NCBI GenBank assembly: GCA_965277715.1
Contig: OZ255836.1
Location: forward strand, 1,856,001-1,920,000
From: Gammaproteobacteria bacterium
GTDB taxonomy: Bacteria; Pseudomonadota; Gammaproteobacteria; JBCCGL01
Direction: 5' to 3'
DNA length: 64,000 nucleotides
In this document: in pieces, positions 53,418 to 64,000 of the stretch
How the letters are laid out: the number at the start of each line of letters is the position of its first letter
Position numbering within the stretch: the stretch's first letter is position 1
Notes under the pieces: generated by a model
Told to the model about the DNA's origin: nothing
Database searches by the model: none
Seen by the model: only the letters and a program-made list of their open reading frames with translations
Program-made: the position numbers and the translations under genes

Positions 53418-54182
53418 TCAAAACTTCCCATTATCATTCTTCCACTCACCTCGCGCAGGAATACCCTCAACTGTATTCCAATGCTCAACAAGTCGCTTTT
53501 TAGAAACGCGAAAAAGATCATAAAAAGCCGTGTGAACCCCACCACGGAACCCCTCACTAACAGCAAGCACAAAACACCCCTCTGCAAACACACGGTGATT
53601 TTGCGAATACTCGACTCTCAAAATACCCCCATCCATCGCTTCCAACGCCAACCGCAGCGCAGGTAAACCATCGGCAACGTGTGGATCATGCTGAATATAA
53701 CCTTCCTCACCGATATAACTTTCGAGTTTCTCAAGCCTGCGATTGATAAGCACCTCATCAACAAACGATCTTACTATTTCCCGATTGTCCTCGGTTCTAT
53801 CAAGATCGGTTACCTCAACCGGGCCATCGACCATAGTGTGGCCCGATGGGCCAGGACCCAACCTCGGTTGAATATTATCCCAATGCTCCACGGCCAAGCC
53901 ATCCTCAAACCTGAAGACCTCAAAACCGACATTCGAACGATCAAAATTATATTCCGTATGGGCGAACACATAATCGCCATCCCCAAAAACCCGAACGATG
54001 TTAACCGTTGGGTTCGTTTTCGACAGGCGCTTAAACAGCGCCGCCAAACCTTCGCTACCCTCATGCGTTTGAGGGTTGTGTTGAATATATTTATCCTCGT
54101 TGACAACCGCCACCGTTGTCGCATCACCCGTTTCGATGCCTTTCAGTAAATTGCAAATTTGTTCTTTTCTTAATGCAGTCAT
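53418..54182 (-). CDS. Tandem SnoaL/NTF2-like domain protein
   Basis: Two repeats of YIQHNP/YIQHDP...FR....EHW. Confidence 0.88.
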   Translation of the reverse strand: MTALRKEQICNLLKGIETGDATTVAVVNEDKYIQHNPQTHEGSEGLAALFKRLSKTNPTVNIVRVFGDGDYVFAHTEYNFDRSNVGFEVFRFEDGLAVEHWDNIQPRLGPGPSGHTMVDGPVEVTDLDRTEDNREIVRSFVDEVLINRRLEKLESYIGEEGYIQHDPHVADGLPALRLALEAMDGGILRVEYSQNHRVFAEGCFVLAVSEGFRGGVHTAFYDLFRVSKKRLVEHWNTVEGIPARGEWKNDNGKF

Positions 54183-54246
54183 GGATAGTCAAGCCCCGGT
54201 TACTATTGCACACTAACGCCACTGGTACGCCTACCAGCGTATTTTG

Positions 54247-54633
54247 TCACGTTACCTCATGCCCAAAGGTAAGCTTGTTACCATCCGGGTCCATAACAGA
54301 AAACTCCTTCATGCCCCAGGTTTGCTCAACGGGGTGAATGACGACACATGGATAACCCTCCACAGTATTTGTCACCAATCCGCGCTTTACAAACTTTTGA
54401 TACAGCGTATCAACATCATCGACACGGACATAATTCAGGCTTCCGAATGCACCATCATTCGAGTGGGAAGACAAGTGAACAAGCCCCCCTTCTCTCCCAA
54501 TCAGCGAATATCTGGACATAAACGCCTCGGGATTAGGGTCTGGCGCGACTATTACAGTGAAATCCAGAACCGCTGTATAGAAAGCCAATGAGGTTTTTAA
54601 ATTGCTGCATTTAATAAAAGGTTCGATAGGCAT
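54247..54633 (-). CDS. VOC/glyoxalase (bleomycin-resistance-like) protein
   Basis: FYTAVLDF, RVDDVD and QTWGMKEFSVMDPDGNKLTFG motifs. Confidence 0.9.
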   Translation of the reverse strand: MPIEPFIKCSNLKTSLAFYTAVLDFTVIVAPDPNPEAFMSRYSLIGREGGLVHLSSHSNDGAFGSLNYVRVDDVDTLYQKFVKRGLVTNTVEGYPCVVIHPVEQTWGMKEFSVMDPDGNKLTFGHEVT

Positions 54634-54712
54634 GGTTACAGTACTCCAGGAATCTGCCGGGTAATTATTTATACTGGTTACATATTGTCATCAATGTCAC
54701 CCGCCAGTTTAT

Positions 54713-54787
54713 CCTAAATTCCGCAGTTGGGTCGTAGCGAGGGCGTCTAAGGTGCTGAAGATGAAGTGTTTTTACCAGCATTTTAGC
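54713..54787 (+). repeat. Partial copy (left end) of the 49595 MITE
   Basis: cctaaattccgcagttgggtcgtagcgagggcgtctaaggtgctgaag nearly identical to the 49595 copy. Confidence 0.85.
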
Positions 54788-54974
54788 CATCCTGCCTGAA
54801 AAACCACTGCCCTATCAATTTATCAGCAACAGCACATAAAATACGGTAAGTTACCCACCGTTTAAATATTCAGCACCTTATACCCACATCAATGAGGCCA
54901 TTTTGATAAACACACGTAAAACAACGAACTATTGTCTGTCGATAACCTATGTGCCATTGGTATAGGTCGATACC

Positions 54975-57900
54975 ATGATCACCGAAGACCAACTGGAACA
55001 ACTCTGCCTCGATTGGTTTCAACTCACCGGCTATAACACGCTCTGCGGTTATGACATCGCCCCCGATGGCGATAACCCGGAACGCAGCGATTACCGTCAA
55101 ATCATTTTGCATAATCGCCTGCTTGACCAATTGGCAATCATTAATCCCCATATCCCCAGCGCCACACTGGAACAGGTGGCTTTCCAAATCGCCAAACCAG
55201 AAACCCCTGTTCTGATTAACAATAACAAAATCTTTCACCAACTATTGCTGCAAGGGGTAAAGGTAGACTTTAAGCAGAATGGCAAGGCAAAGACCGACTA
55301 TGTGCAGTTGGTGGATTTTGCCACGGTAGACAATAACCAGTTTTTAGTGGTGAACCAATACACCATCACCGGCAGCAAAGGTAACCGCCGCCCGGATGTG
55401 ATTGTATTTATTAACGGCCTACCACTGGCCGTGTTAGAACTGAAAAACCCCGCCGATAGCAATGCCGATATCTGGTCTGCCTATCAGCAGTTGCAAACCT
55501 ATAAAGAGGAAATACCCGGTTTATTTGCGTTTAATGAAGCCCTGGTGGTGAGTGATGGCTTAAATGCGCGGGTCGGTTCGCTCACCGCCAATAAGGAGCG
55601 TTTTTTGCCCTGGCGGGTGGTCAATAACGAAAACGATAAACCCCTGTTTGAATACTTTCTGGAAACTTTGGTAAAAGGCTTTTTTAAACCCGCGCTGTTT
55701 TTAGATTACATTCGCCATTTTGTGCTGTTTGAACAGGACGGCGATACGCTGATTAAAAAAATTGCCGGTTACCATCAATTCCATGCCGTGCGTGAAGCGG
55801 TAAAAGCCACGGTGATTGCCGCACAGCGGCCCGAGCAGGGCACGGTTGCCCAGCCCAGAGCGAATTATGCCAATAAAGTCGAACCGGGTTCCGGTAAAGC
55901 TGGCGTGATATGGCATACCCAGGGGTCTGGTAAATCGATCTCGATGGTGTGCTATGCCGGTAAATTATTGGCACAGCCTGAAATGAATAACCCCACCATT
56001 GTAGTGGTGACCGACCGCAATGATTTAGACGGCCAGCTATATAACACCTTTAGTATGGCGACAGACGCGCTAAAACAAACACCCATACAAGCCGGTGGCA
56101 GGGATGAACTGCGTGCGGTATTAGCGGCGCGCCAATCCGGCGGTATTATTTTTACCACGGTGCAAAAATTTGCTCTCCGCAAAGATGAGCAAGGGCGTGA
56201 TGAAGCCACCCACCCGGTACTGAGCACCCGCCATAATATTGTGGTGGTGAGTGATGAAGCCCACCGCAGTCAATACGGTGATAAAGCCAAGCTCAACGCA
56301 AAAACCGGGCAGTACACTTTTGGTTACTCCAAACACCTGCGCGATGCCTTGCCTGAAGCCTCATTTATTGGTTTTACCGGCACACCAATCGACGCGGCGG
56401 ATAAAGACACCCGCGCAGTATTTGGCGACTATGTTTCCATCTATGATATTCAGGATGCCGTCGAAGACGGCGCCACCGTACCGATCTATTACGAATCCCG
56501 TTTAGCCAAGCTGGATATCCATGCCGCCGATATTGAGGCGTTAAACGATGAAGTCGAGGAGGTGATCGAAGACGAGGAGGATGTCGCCACCCGTGAAAGC
56601 ACTAAATCGAAATGGGCGGCACTGGAAAAGCTGGTGGGCAGCGAGCCGCGTATGCAGCAAGTGGGTAAAGATTTGGTCGATCATTTTGAAAGCCGCACCG
56701 CCACCATGCCCGGCAAGGGCATGATTGTGTGCATGAGCCGCGAAATCTGTGTGGATATGTACGCGGCCATCGTCGCGATTAAACCCGAATGGCACGACCC
56801 GAATCCCGCCGGTGGCGCGATCAAGATTGTGATGACCGGTTCCGCCGCCGATAAAGAAAAACTGCAACCGCATATTTATACTAAAGACACCCGAAAGCGG
56901 TTTGAAAAACGCTTTAAAGACATCGACGACCCGCTGCAATTGGTGATTGTGCGCGATATGTGGCTGACCGGTTTTGATGCGCCGGGCTGCCATACGATGT
57001 ATATCGATAAGCCCATGAAAGGCCATAATTTAATGCAGGCTATCGCCCGGGTAAACCGGGTGTTTAAAGACAAGCCCGGTGGTTTGGTGGTGGACTATAT
57101 CGGTATCGCCAATGAACTAAAACACGCGCTCAAGCGCTATACCAACGCTAACGGTAGAGGTGCGCCAACCATCGACACCCGCGAAGCGTTTGCGTTATTG
57201 AGGGAGAATATCGATAAATTGCACGCCATGATGCACGGCTGTGATTACAGTGATTATGCAACCCATGCACTGCAATTATTACCCCGGGTAATGAACCATA
57301 TCCTGCATTTACAAAACCCGGGCAATGGCGAGCTGGACGGGAAGAAACGCTTCCTCGATGTAATGGCCAGCATTCGCTCGGCGTTTACTCTGTGCAGCAC
57401 ACTCGATGAGGCCAGCGCCTACTCCAAAGAAATCGCATTTTGGGGTTATGTGAAAAATGCCATCACTAAATTCACCACTATCGATAAGCGCCGCACCGAT
57501 GAAGAAAAGAATTCGGCCCTTAAGCAAATAATCGACAACGCCATTATCGCCGAAGGTGTGGACGATATTTTTCAGCTAGTGGGGTTAGACAAGCCGAATG
57601 TTGGTTTGCTTTCACCCGAATTTCTTGAGGATGTAGCCAGGCTGAAAGAAAAAAACCTGGCGGTTAATTTATTGGAACGTTTACTGCGTGATGAAGTGAA
57701 GGCGCGGATGAAAACGGATGTGGTCTCTGAAAAGAAATACTCCGAGCGCATCATGGAAACGCTGCGCAAATACCACAACCGTGCCATAGAGACAGCGCAA
57801 GTGATTGAGGAGTTGATTCAGATGGCAAAGGACATGGCAGCAGATGCCGAACTCGCCCGGCGCTCTGGTTTAAATACCGATGAATTGGCGTTTTATCGTG

Positions 57901-58160
57901 CGCTTATTCAAAACCAAAGCGCTGTTAGAGAAATGGGTGACAACAAGCTGAAAGAGCTGGCGAAATACGTGACAGAGCAATTGAGAAATTCGACCACGGT
58001 TGACTGGCAGGTGAGAGAGAGTGTCCGCGCCAGGCTAAGAAATCTGGTTCGGCGGGCCTTGCGCACATGGAAATACCCACCCGATGGCTCGGATGAGGCG
58101 GTTGAGTTGTGCCTTGAACAGGCAAGAGCGTTAAGTGAGCATTGGAGTGCGGATGCTTAG
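54975..58160 (+). CDS. hsdR: Type I RM restriction subunit R
   Basis: RPD..INGLPLAVLELK, WHTQGSGKS, DEAHRSQY, GFTGTP, MWLTGFDAP and MQAIARVNR motifs. Confidence 0.97.
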   Translation: MITEDQLEQLCLDWFQLTGYNTLCGYDIAPDGDNPERSDYRQIILHNRLLDQLAIINPHIPSATLEQVAFQIAKPETPVLINNNKIFHQLLLQGVKVDFKQNGKAKTDYVQLVDFATVDNNQFLVVNQYTITGSKGNRRPDVIVFINGLPLAVLELKNPADSNADIWSAYQQLQTYKEEIPGLFAFNEALVVSDGLNARVGSLTANKERFLPWRVVNNENDKPLFEYFLETLVKGFFKPALFLDYIRHFVLFEQDGDTLIKKIAGYHQFHAVREAVKATVIAAQRPEQGTVAQPRANYANKVEPGSGKAGVIWHTQGSGKSISMVCYAGKLLAQPEMNNPTIVVVTDRNDLDGQLYNTFSMATDALKQTPIQAGGRDELRAVLAARQSGGIIFTTVQKFALRKDEQGRDEATHPVLSTRHNIVVVSDEAHRSQYGDKAKLNAKTGQYTFGYSKHLRDALPEASFIGFTGTPIDAADKDTRAVFGDYVSIYDIQDAVEDGATVPIYYESRLAKLDIHAADIEALNDEVEEVIEDEEDVATRESTKSKWAALEKLVGSEPRMQQVGKDLVDHFESRTATMPGKGMIVCMSREICVDMYAAIVAIKPEWHDPNPAGGAIKIVMTGSAADKEKLQPHIYTKDTRKRFEKRFKDIDDPLQLVIVRDMWLTGFDAPGCHTMYIDKPMKGHNLMQAIARVNRVFKDKPGGLVVDYIGIANELKHALKRYTNANGRGAPTIDTREAFALLRENIDKLHAMMHGCDYSDYATHALQLLPRVMNHILHLQNPGNGELDGKKRFLDVMASIRSAFTLCSTLDEASAYSKEIAFWGYVKNAITKFTTIDKRRTDEEKNSALKQIIDNAIIAEGVDDIFQLVGLDKPNVGLLSPEFLEDVARLKEKNLAVNLLERLLRDEVKARMKTDVVSEKKYSERIMETLRKYHNRAIETAQVIEELIQMAKDMAADAELARRSGLNTDELAFYRALIQNQSAVREMGDNKLKELAKYVTEQLRNSTTVDWQVRESVRARLRNLVRRALRTWKYPPDGSDEAVELCLEQARALSEHWSADA

Positions 58161-58371
58161 GGGCCAGGTTGTTCTGGTTCTGGTCTGGCTTGGTCTGGCA
58201 TTTCCTAATAGTTATTTGCAATATCTTCGTTTTTGCCTGTTCAAAAATAAGTGTTTTTTCTTGTGGGTTAATGGTTCATCGGTTTTTAATTTGTTTACTT
58301 TTTTCTTTTTCTATGTGGGTAGTGTAGATTCCTAATCAATTTAGAGTTGGGTGAGTATTGGGATAATCATG

Positions 58372-59949
58372 CTACTTCCAGCGCGGATCAAAACGGGGCG
58401 GTCTCGGGTAGCGCGAAGTCACATCAAAATCGGTTAGTTCCATATGGCTGCGTGTATATTCATTGGCCGCATCACGCTGTGGTTGAAAATCCCAGCTTTG
58501 ATAACGCCCAATACGCAGCGCCGCGTGTACCGAGCGACGGCGTTGCTGATCGGCAATCACCTTTGCCTGTAGAGCCTCAGCATCCCAGTGCGCATCGCGC
58601 TGCGCCCTAAAACCCGCCAACACCGATGCCATTTGAGGGTCATCAGCCCGGTTGTGCAATTCGTCGGGGTCCGCGTGTAAATCGAATAACTGTTCCGGGT
58701 CGGTCTGGCAGTGCGTGTATTTATAACCACCGTTACGGATCATCAACATCGGCGCCGCTGTTCCCTCGGCCAGGTATTCACTGATAGTGGTATTAGCGTC
58801 ACCCGCCGTATCACCCTCACACAAACGCAATAAACTGCGCCCGGCGAGTGGGTCAATAGGCTCAGGTTTCACTACGCCGGTATTTTCAGCGGCAATATCG
58901 ACCAATGTGGGCAATACATCCACCTGCGACACGGGTTGTTCAACGCGCCGTGCCGCAAACCGATTGGGTTGCCAGATAATCATCGGAATACGGTTTGACC
59001 ACTCGTGAAATGACATTTTGTACCACAGTCCGCGCTCGCCCAGCATATCGCCGTGGTCGGCGGTAAAAATAATCGTCGTATCATCTGCCATACCGCACGC
59101 CTCCAAGGTCGAGCGCAAGCGGCCCAGCCATTCATCGACATACGATACATTAGCGTAATAGGCGCGCCGGGCACTGCGCACCTGTTCATCACTGACAGCG
59201 ACGGAATCGTGCGCAATCACCTGTAGCAGGCGCAGACTGTGTGGGTCATTTTCCGCTGGGGCCGGTCGGGGCACACGCGGCATATCAATCTCATCATCGC
59301 TGTACAAATCCCAATACTTTTGCCGTGCCGCGTAGGGGTCGTGTGGGTGGATAAAACTGGCAACCAGACACAGCGGTCGATCATCCTGGCTACACGCATG
59401 TTGATAAATCGCCCGCACGGCCTGGTGGCCAACTTCGTCATCGTAGTGCAATTGGTTGGTCGTTGCCGCCACCCCGGCCTGTACGACACTGGACATATTG
59501 TGGTACCACAAATCAATGCGCTCATGGGGGTTTGTCCAGTCGGGAATCCAGCCAAAGTCGGCGGGATATACATCGGTCGTCAGGCGATCCTCAAAACCGT
59601 GCAACTGGTCTGCGCCAACGAAATGCATCTTTCCTGACAGGCAGGTACGGTAGCCCTGCAAACGCAAATAGTGAGCAAAAGTAGGCATTGTCGACGGCAT
59701 ATAAGCGGCGTTATCGTAACCGCCACTGCGCGAACAGTACTGTCCCGTCATAAAGGCATAGCGCGCTGGCGTACACAAAGGGCTACTGCTGTAGGCCGCA
59801 TCAAAAACCACCCCCTCCTCTGCCAGCCTATCGATATGCGGGCTTTTCACCACCGGATGCCCATAGCACCCCAACGCCAGTGCGGTGAGCTGATCGGCCA
59901 TCACCACCAGTATATTTTTGTGTTTGATCGATGTATCAGTGGCGTTCAT
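58372..59949 (-). CDS. betC: Choline-sulfatase
   Basis: SPLCTPAR, GKMHFVGADQLHGFEDRLTTDVYPADFGW, WYHNM and GERGLWYKMS motifs. Confidence 0.93.
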   Translation of the reverse strand: MNATDTSIKHKNILVVMADQLTALALGCYGHPVVKSPHIDRLAEEGVVFDAAYSSSPLCTPARYAFMTGQYCSRSGGYDNAAYMPSTMPTFAHYLRLQGYRTCLSGKMHFVGADQLHGFEDRLTTDVYPADFGWIPDWTNPHERIDLWYHNMSSVVQAGVAATTNQLHYDDEVGHQAVRAIYQHACSQDDRPLCLVASFIHPHDPYAARQKYWDLYSDDEIDMPRVPRPAPAENDPHSLRLLQVIAHDSVAVSDEQVRSARRAYYANVSYVDEWLGRLRSTLEACGMADDTTIIFTADHGDMLGERGLWYKMSFHEWSNRIPMIIWQPNRFAARRVEQPVSQVDVLPTLVDIAAENTGVVKPEPIDPLAGRSLLRLCEGDTAGDANTTISEYLAEGTAAPMLMIRNGGYKYTHCQTDPEQLFDLHADPDELHNRADDPQMASVLAGFRAQRDAHWDAEALQAKVIADQQRRRSVHAALRIGRYQSWDFQPQRDAANEYTRSHMELTDFDVTSRYPRPPRFDPRWK

Positions 59950-60072
59950 TGTGCAACCTGGTTGTTAAGTAATGTAGGGGGCAATACTATCTAAAATAAG
60001 CGCAAAACTGTTAACCCTAAAACACTACCACTGCCAGCCCCAACGTTGAATTGATCACTTACAGACAAATCA

Positions 60073-60621
60073 TTAATAATCCATGCACCGTTGCAACATT
60101 GCCGCCATAGCCTCAACCCCCAGGCTGCGGGCGCGCTGAATATTATCCTCCGGTATGGCATCGACATTGGGGTGGCACGCCAACGCCGTCTCAACACCCG
60201 ATTCACGTAACACATGCAACATCGGCCAGGGTGAGCGGTTAGTATAATTGGCCGCATCATCCCTATCCGCACCGGCAAAACAATACTGAGGATGAAAACT
60301 GGCCACCTGATAAACACCCTCGTAATCACTCACAACCAGCGCATCTTCAGCGGCGGCAAGCAAAGACAAATAATCATCGAACGAGGCAAAGCCATCGGCA
60401 AATACCAGCAAGGCGGTCTCCGCCGTATCGTCATCGTCGAGCGCCCTGCACAATGACAAAAAAGCGACCAGACCGGCTTCCAGTTCACCACTGAGGCACA
60501 CCCTGTAAACAATACTGTCACGCTGATACTCACGCTGTGCAAAGGGGCAAAAATTATGTTCAATGACCACTGTGCGCAGCCATTTTTTCGTCATCTCCAG
60601 GATTTTTTGCTCACTTGACAT
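60073..60621 (-). CDS. DUF1415 family protein
   Basis: NFCPFA, YQVASFHPQY and YTNRSPWPMLH motifs. Confidence 0.9.
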   Translation of the reverse strand: MSSEQKILEMTKKWLRTVVIEHNFCPFAQREYQRDSIVYRVCLSGELEAGLVAFLSLCRALDDDDTAETALLVFADGFASFDDYLSLLAAAEDALVVSDYEGVYQVASFHPQYCFAGADRDDAANYTNRSPWPMLHVLRESGVETALACHPNVDAIPEDNIQRARSLGVEAMAAMLQRCMDY

Positions 60622-60685
60622 GCACTACACCTTAACCCACGATGCAGGCCATTTTGCCATATTAAACAGCCCGTAGCGCAGCCCA

Positions 60686-61906
60686 ATGAATACCACCCAA
60701 ACCGCCACGCCATTTTGGCGCTCGCCTGCCATGATTATTAGCGCTGCCTGCCTGATTGCCATTATTGGTTTTGGCATTCGCTCAACATTTGGGCTGTTTG
60801 TCGAACCGATGAGCCTGGATAAAGGCTGGAACCGGGAAACCATTGCATTGGCATTTGCCCTGCAAAACCTGCTGTGGGGTATCGGTGTGCCAATAGCGGG
60901 GGCAATCAACGACAAATTTGGCCCGGTTAAAGTCATTAGCATCGGCGCCTTGATCTACGCACTCGGCACCTGGGGGATAAACCAGGCAGACAGCGGTTTT
61001 GCCCTGCACTTTTTCGCCGGTATTGTCACCGGTATTGGGGTGGCGTTTACCGCATTCTCACTGGCGATGGCAGCGATGGCCAAGGCAGTTGGCCCAGAGA
61101 AGCGTTCACTGGTACTGGGCCTGGGAACCGCTGCCGGCTCATTTGGGCAAGTGGTCTTCTCACCCAGCACCCAGGCACTGATCAATCAGTTCGGCTGGAA
61201 CGACACCCTGTCAATACTCGCACTGTGCACCTTGCTGATGGTGCCATTGGCGCTGCTGTTACCCAATACGACAGCCTCCACAGCCGCACAGGAAAGTGCC
61301 AGTCAAACACTCCGTCAGGCGCTCAATGAAGCACTGGCGCACCGGGGTTATTTGTTATTGACCGCCGGTTTTTTCGTCTGCGGATTCCAGGTTGCTTTTA
61401 TTACTGTGCACTTTCCCGCGTATGTCAGCAGCATTGGCCTCGAAGCCAAAATAGGCGCTTATGCCATCGCCATTGTCGGGCTGTTTAACATCGCCGGGTC
61501 TTTTTTATCTGGCATGGCCGGGCAGCGCTGGAGCAAACGCTATTCGCTGTCATTTATTTATTTTGGGCGTTCACTGGTTATTTTGTGGTTACTGTTTGCC
61601 CCCGTCTCGAATAACACCATCTATATTTTTTCAGCATTGATGGGGATTCTATGGCTGTCGACAGTGCCACTCACCACGGGCATCGTCGCACAGGTGTTTG
61701 GTGTACGTTATATGGCCACTTTGTTTGGCATTGTGTTTCTCGGCCACCAACTCGGCAGCTTTGTCGGCGTGTGGATGGGTGGCTGGATTTATGACGCCAC
61801 CGGCTCCTACGACCTGATGTGGTGGGCGGGCATAGGGTTGGGCGTGTTTGCAACGTTGATCCATCTGCCGATTAATGAACGGCCTTTACAGCGGCGTGCG
61901 ATTTAA
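60686..61906 (+). CDS. MFS transporter
   Basis: About 12 TM segments; GFFVCGFQ and WLSTVPLT motifs. Confidence 0.93.
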   Translation: MNTTQTATPFWRSPAMIISAACLIAIIGFGIRSTFGLFVEPMSLDKGWNRETIALAFALQNLLWGIGVPIAGAINDKFGPVKVISIGALIYALGTWGINQADSGFALHFFAGIVTGIGVAFTAFSLAMAAMAKAVGPEKRSLVLGLGTAAGSFGQVVFSPSTQALINQFGWNDTLSILALCTLLMVPLALLLPNTTASTAAQESASQTLRQALNEALAHRGYLLLTAGFFVCGFQVAFITVHFPAYVSSIGLEAKIGAYAIAIVGLFNIAGSFLSGMAGQRWSKRYSLSFIYFGRSLVILWLLFAPVSNNTIYIFSALMGILWLSTVPLTTGIVAQVFGVRYMATLFGIVFLGHQLGSFVGVWMGGWIYDATGSYDLMWWAGIGLGVFATLIHLPINERPLQRRAI

Positions 61907-61933
61907 GCAATCCCGGCTTAACAAATACTCTGG

Positions 61934-63040
61934 CTACTCGACACGTGCCGGAATCACTGGCACACCACTGTCGACATCCCCATTTTGCGCCCGGTGCCGC
62001 AAAGCGTGATCCATAAGCACCAACGCCAGCATCGCCTCCGCGATAGGTGTTGCGCGGATGCCCACGCAGGGGTCGTGCCGCCCTTTAGTGACCACCTCTA
62101 CCGGTTCACCTTTAACGTTAACGCCCCGCCCCGCCAGCCGAATACTGGATGTCGGCTTTAGCGCCAAATGCGCAACAATATCCTGGCCTGATGAAATTCC
62201 GCCGAGAACCCCACCGGCATTGTTGGATAAAAACCCTTCCGGTGTCATCTCATCGCGGTGTTCGGTGCCCTTTTGGGCAACGCTGTCAAATCCCGCCCCG
62301 ATTTCAACTCCCTTAACCGCATTGATGCTCATCAACGCGTGGGCAATCTCTGCGTCGAGCCGGTCAAATACTGGCTCGCCCCAGCCAGGCGGCACGCCTT
62401 CAGCCAGCACTGTAACCCTGGCCCCCACCGAGTTACCCTCTTTATTCAGCGCCTGCATATAGGCTTCAAGCGCAGGCACTTGCTCCGGGTTAGGCCAAAA
62501 AAATGGATTTTGCCCAACGGCCTCCCAAGCAAATGCCGTACTGTCCAACATAATGGGACCTAACTGAGACAAGTACCCGCGCACCACCACGGCGTATTTT
62601 TCATACAGGTATTTTTTTGCAATTGCGCCAGCGGCAACCCGCATCGCCGTCTCGCGTGCGGAAGCGCGACCACCCCCCCGATAGTCGCGCAGACCATACT
62701 TTTGCGTATACGTGTAATCAGCATGTGCAGGGCGAAACCGCTCAGCGATATTTGAATAGTCTTTAGACCGCTGATCGGTATTTTCAATCAGCAGGCCGAT
62801 GGGTGTGCCTGTGGTTCTCCCCTCAAACACACCGGACAGTATTTTCACCTGGTCACCCTCACGGCGTTGCGTGGTATAGCGCGAAGTACCCGGCTTACGC
62901 CTGTCCAGGTCTACCTGTAAATCGGCTTCATCAAGCGCAAGCCCTGGCGGGCAGCCATCGACAATACAGCCGAGCGCAGGCCCATGGCTCTCACCAAATG
63001 AAGTGACACTAAAAAGCTTTCCGAATGTATTTCCTGACAT
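61934..63040 (-). CDS. aroC: Chorismate synthase
   Basis: GESHG, RPAHAD, RASARET and GRHDPCV motifs. Confidence 0.98.
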   Translation of the reverse strand: MSGNTFGKLFSVTSFGESHGPALGCIVDGCPPGLALDEADLQVDLDRRKPGTSRYTTQRREGDQVKILSGVFEGRTTGTPIGLLIENTDQRSKDYSNIAERFRPAHADYTYTQKYGLRDYRGGGRASARETAMRVAAGAIAKKYLYEKYAVVVRGYLSQLGPIMLDSTAFAWEAVGQNPFFWPNPEQVPALEAYMQALNKEGNSVGARVTVLAEGVPPGWGEPVFDRLDAEIAHALMSINAVKGVEIGAGFDSVAQKGTEHRDEMTPEGFLSNNAGGVLGGISSGQDIVAHLALKPTSSIRLAGRGVNVKGEPVEVVTKGRHDPCVGIRATPIAEAMLALVLMDHALRHRAQNGDVDSGVPVIPARVE

Positions 63041-63161
63041 AGCGCTTATTGTAGCCGCTCGCTCACCCCAGCGAAATCACCATTACCCTATAAACACAAC
63101 ATCACAAACAAAACCACATACAATCAACAATCCGCATCGGCCTGCCTTCCCCTTCCATAGA

Positions 63162-63294
63162 AGCAGTTGCCGACGACTGTAGGGACACAGGAGCTAGAGC
63201 AACGCAGGAGCAGTTGCCGACGACTGTAGGGACACAGGAGCTAGAGCAACGCAGGAGCAGTTGCCGACGACTGTATGGATACAGGAGATAGAGC
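63162..63294 (+). repeat. Tandem 47-bp repeat, ~2.8 copies
   Basis: Unit agcagttgccgacgactgtagggacacaggagctagagcaacgcagg starting at 63162, 63209 and 63256; no spacers. Confidence 0.95.
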
Positions 63295-63401
63295 GAAGCC
63301 AATATAAATGGTCACCCACCAACCTAAAGCCGACGAAACACTAACGGAACATTTTCACTCCAGCACGCTCCAAGCCCCCAACGCCACCACTGGAAATACC
63401 C

Positions 63402-64000
63402 ATGCCAACGCTCCGCGCACTACTCCCAACCATCACCAGCACACTGTTCGCCATGACGCTATTCGCCACCTCTACCGCCAATGCCACCCGCTTTGAAAGC
63501 ACAGAAAAACAAACCAGCTTACTGGAACTTTACACCTCTGAGGGCTGTAGTAGCTGCCCACCCGCTGACCGCTGGTTGAGTACACTCAAACAGGAAGACG
63601 GTTTATGGCAGACGTTTATCCCCCTGGCCTTTCACGTCGATTACTGGGATTACATCGGCTGGGAAGACCGCTTCGCCAGCCCCGCCCACACAGCGCGCCA
63701 GCGCATACATGCACAAGAACAATCGATGCGCACAATCTACACTCCCGGATTTATGTACAACGGCAAGGAGTGGCGACAATGGTTTGTGCGCCGCTACCTG
63801 GATTTCCCTGAAACCGGCACAGTCGGCAAGCTGACCGTCGATATTAACCAGCAAACAGCTTCAGTGACATTCAATCCGGCAGCAGCGGACGGTGTCCATT
63901 TGGATGTCAATATCGCACTACTGGGCTTCGACCTCGAAACCCAGGTCAAAGCCGGTGAAAACGCAGGTGATGTGCTCAAACACGACTTTGTGGTGCTGGG
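63402..64000 (+). CDS. DUF1223 thioredoxin-like secreted protein (runs off the window)
   Basis: Manual translation: signal peptide, ELYTSEGCSSCPPAD, AFHVDYWDYIGWEDRFA, IYTP. Confidence 0.9.
   Translation, partial: MPTLRALLPTITSTLFAMTLFATSTANATRFESTEKQTSLLELYTSEGCSSCPPADRWLSTLKQEDGLWQTFIPLAFHVDYWDYIGWEDRFASPAHTARQRIHAQEQSMRTIYTPGFMYNGKEWRQWFVRRYLDFPETGTVGKLTVDINQQTASVTFNPAAADGVHLDVNIALLGFDLETQVKAGENAGDVLKHDFVVL

Noticed and set aside
58166-58200. (TCTGG)-like microrepeat after hsdR
   Set aside because: Degenerate low-complexity sequence with no evident function.
63162-63294. CRISPR array
   Set aside because: Units are contiguous with no unique spacers, and no cas genes are present.

Overview
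Chromosomal window of a gammaproteobacterium, probably marine (inferred from the rpoD, tkt and aroC sequence types). The left part (1-14.2 kb) is mostly housekeeping: purK/purE/purC, class I aldolase, pyk-pgk-gap-tkt, rpoD and tRNA-Ile2(CAT). After the tRNA comes a ~44 kb accessory region: an O-acyltransferase, alphaproteobacterial-type putA, two PLP decarboxylases, oxidoreductases, a RelE-like/UvrD/ankyrin helicase next to hipBA, and a type I restriction-modification system. Many small remnants of regulator genes are scattered through it. The right end carries betC, an MFS transporter, aroC and a DUF1223 gene. The most unusual part is 41.2-49.9 kb. It holds four tandem copies or fragments of a Y1/HUH (RAYT-like) transposase element with ~33-bp terminal inverted repeats (AAAAGGGGTCA...TGACCCCTTTT). 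Between the copies lie an orphan Rhs toxin tip with its immunity gene, an IS4 fragment and an integron. The integron's intI and its fifth cassette, and the IS4 gene, are all cut exactly at GGGGTCA/TGACCCC ends. The whole block is bracketed by a 210-bp duplication of the hsdM upstream region. A 47-bp repeat also occurs singly, in tandem, and as a filled versus empty site. All calls come from reading the sequence and the ORF track; no database searches or computations were run.
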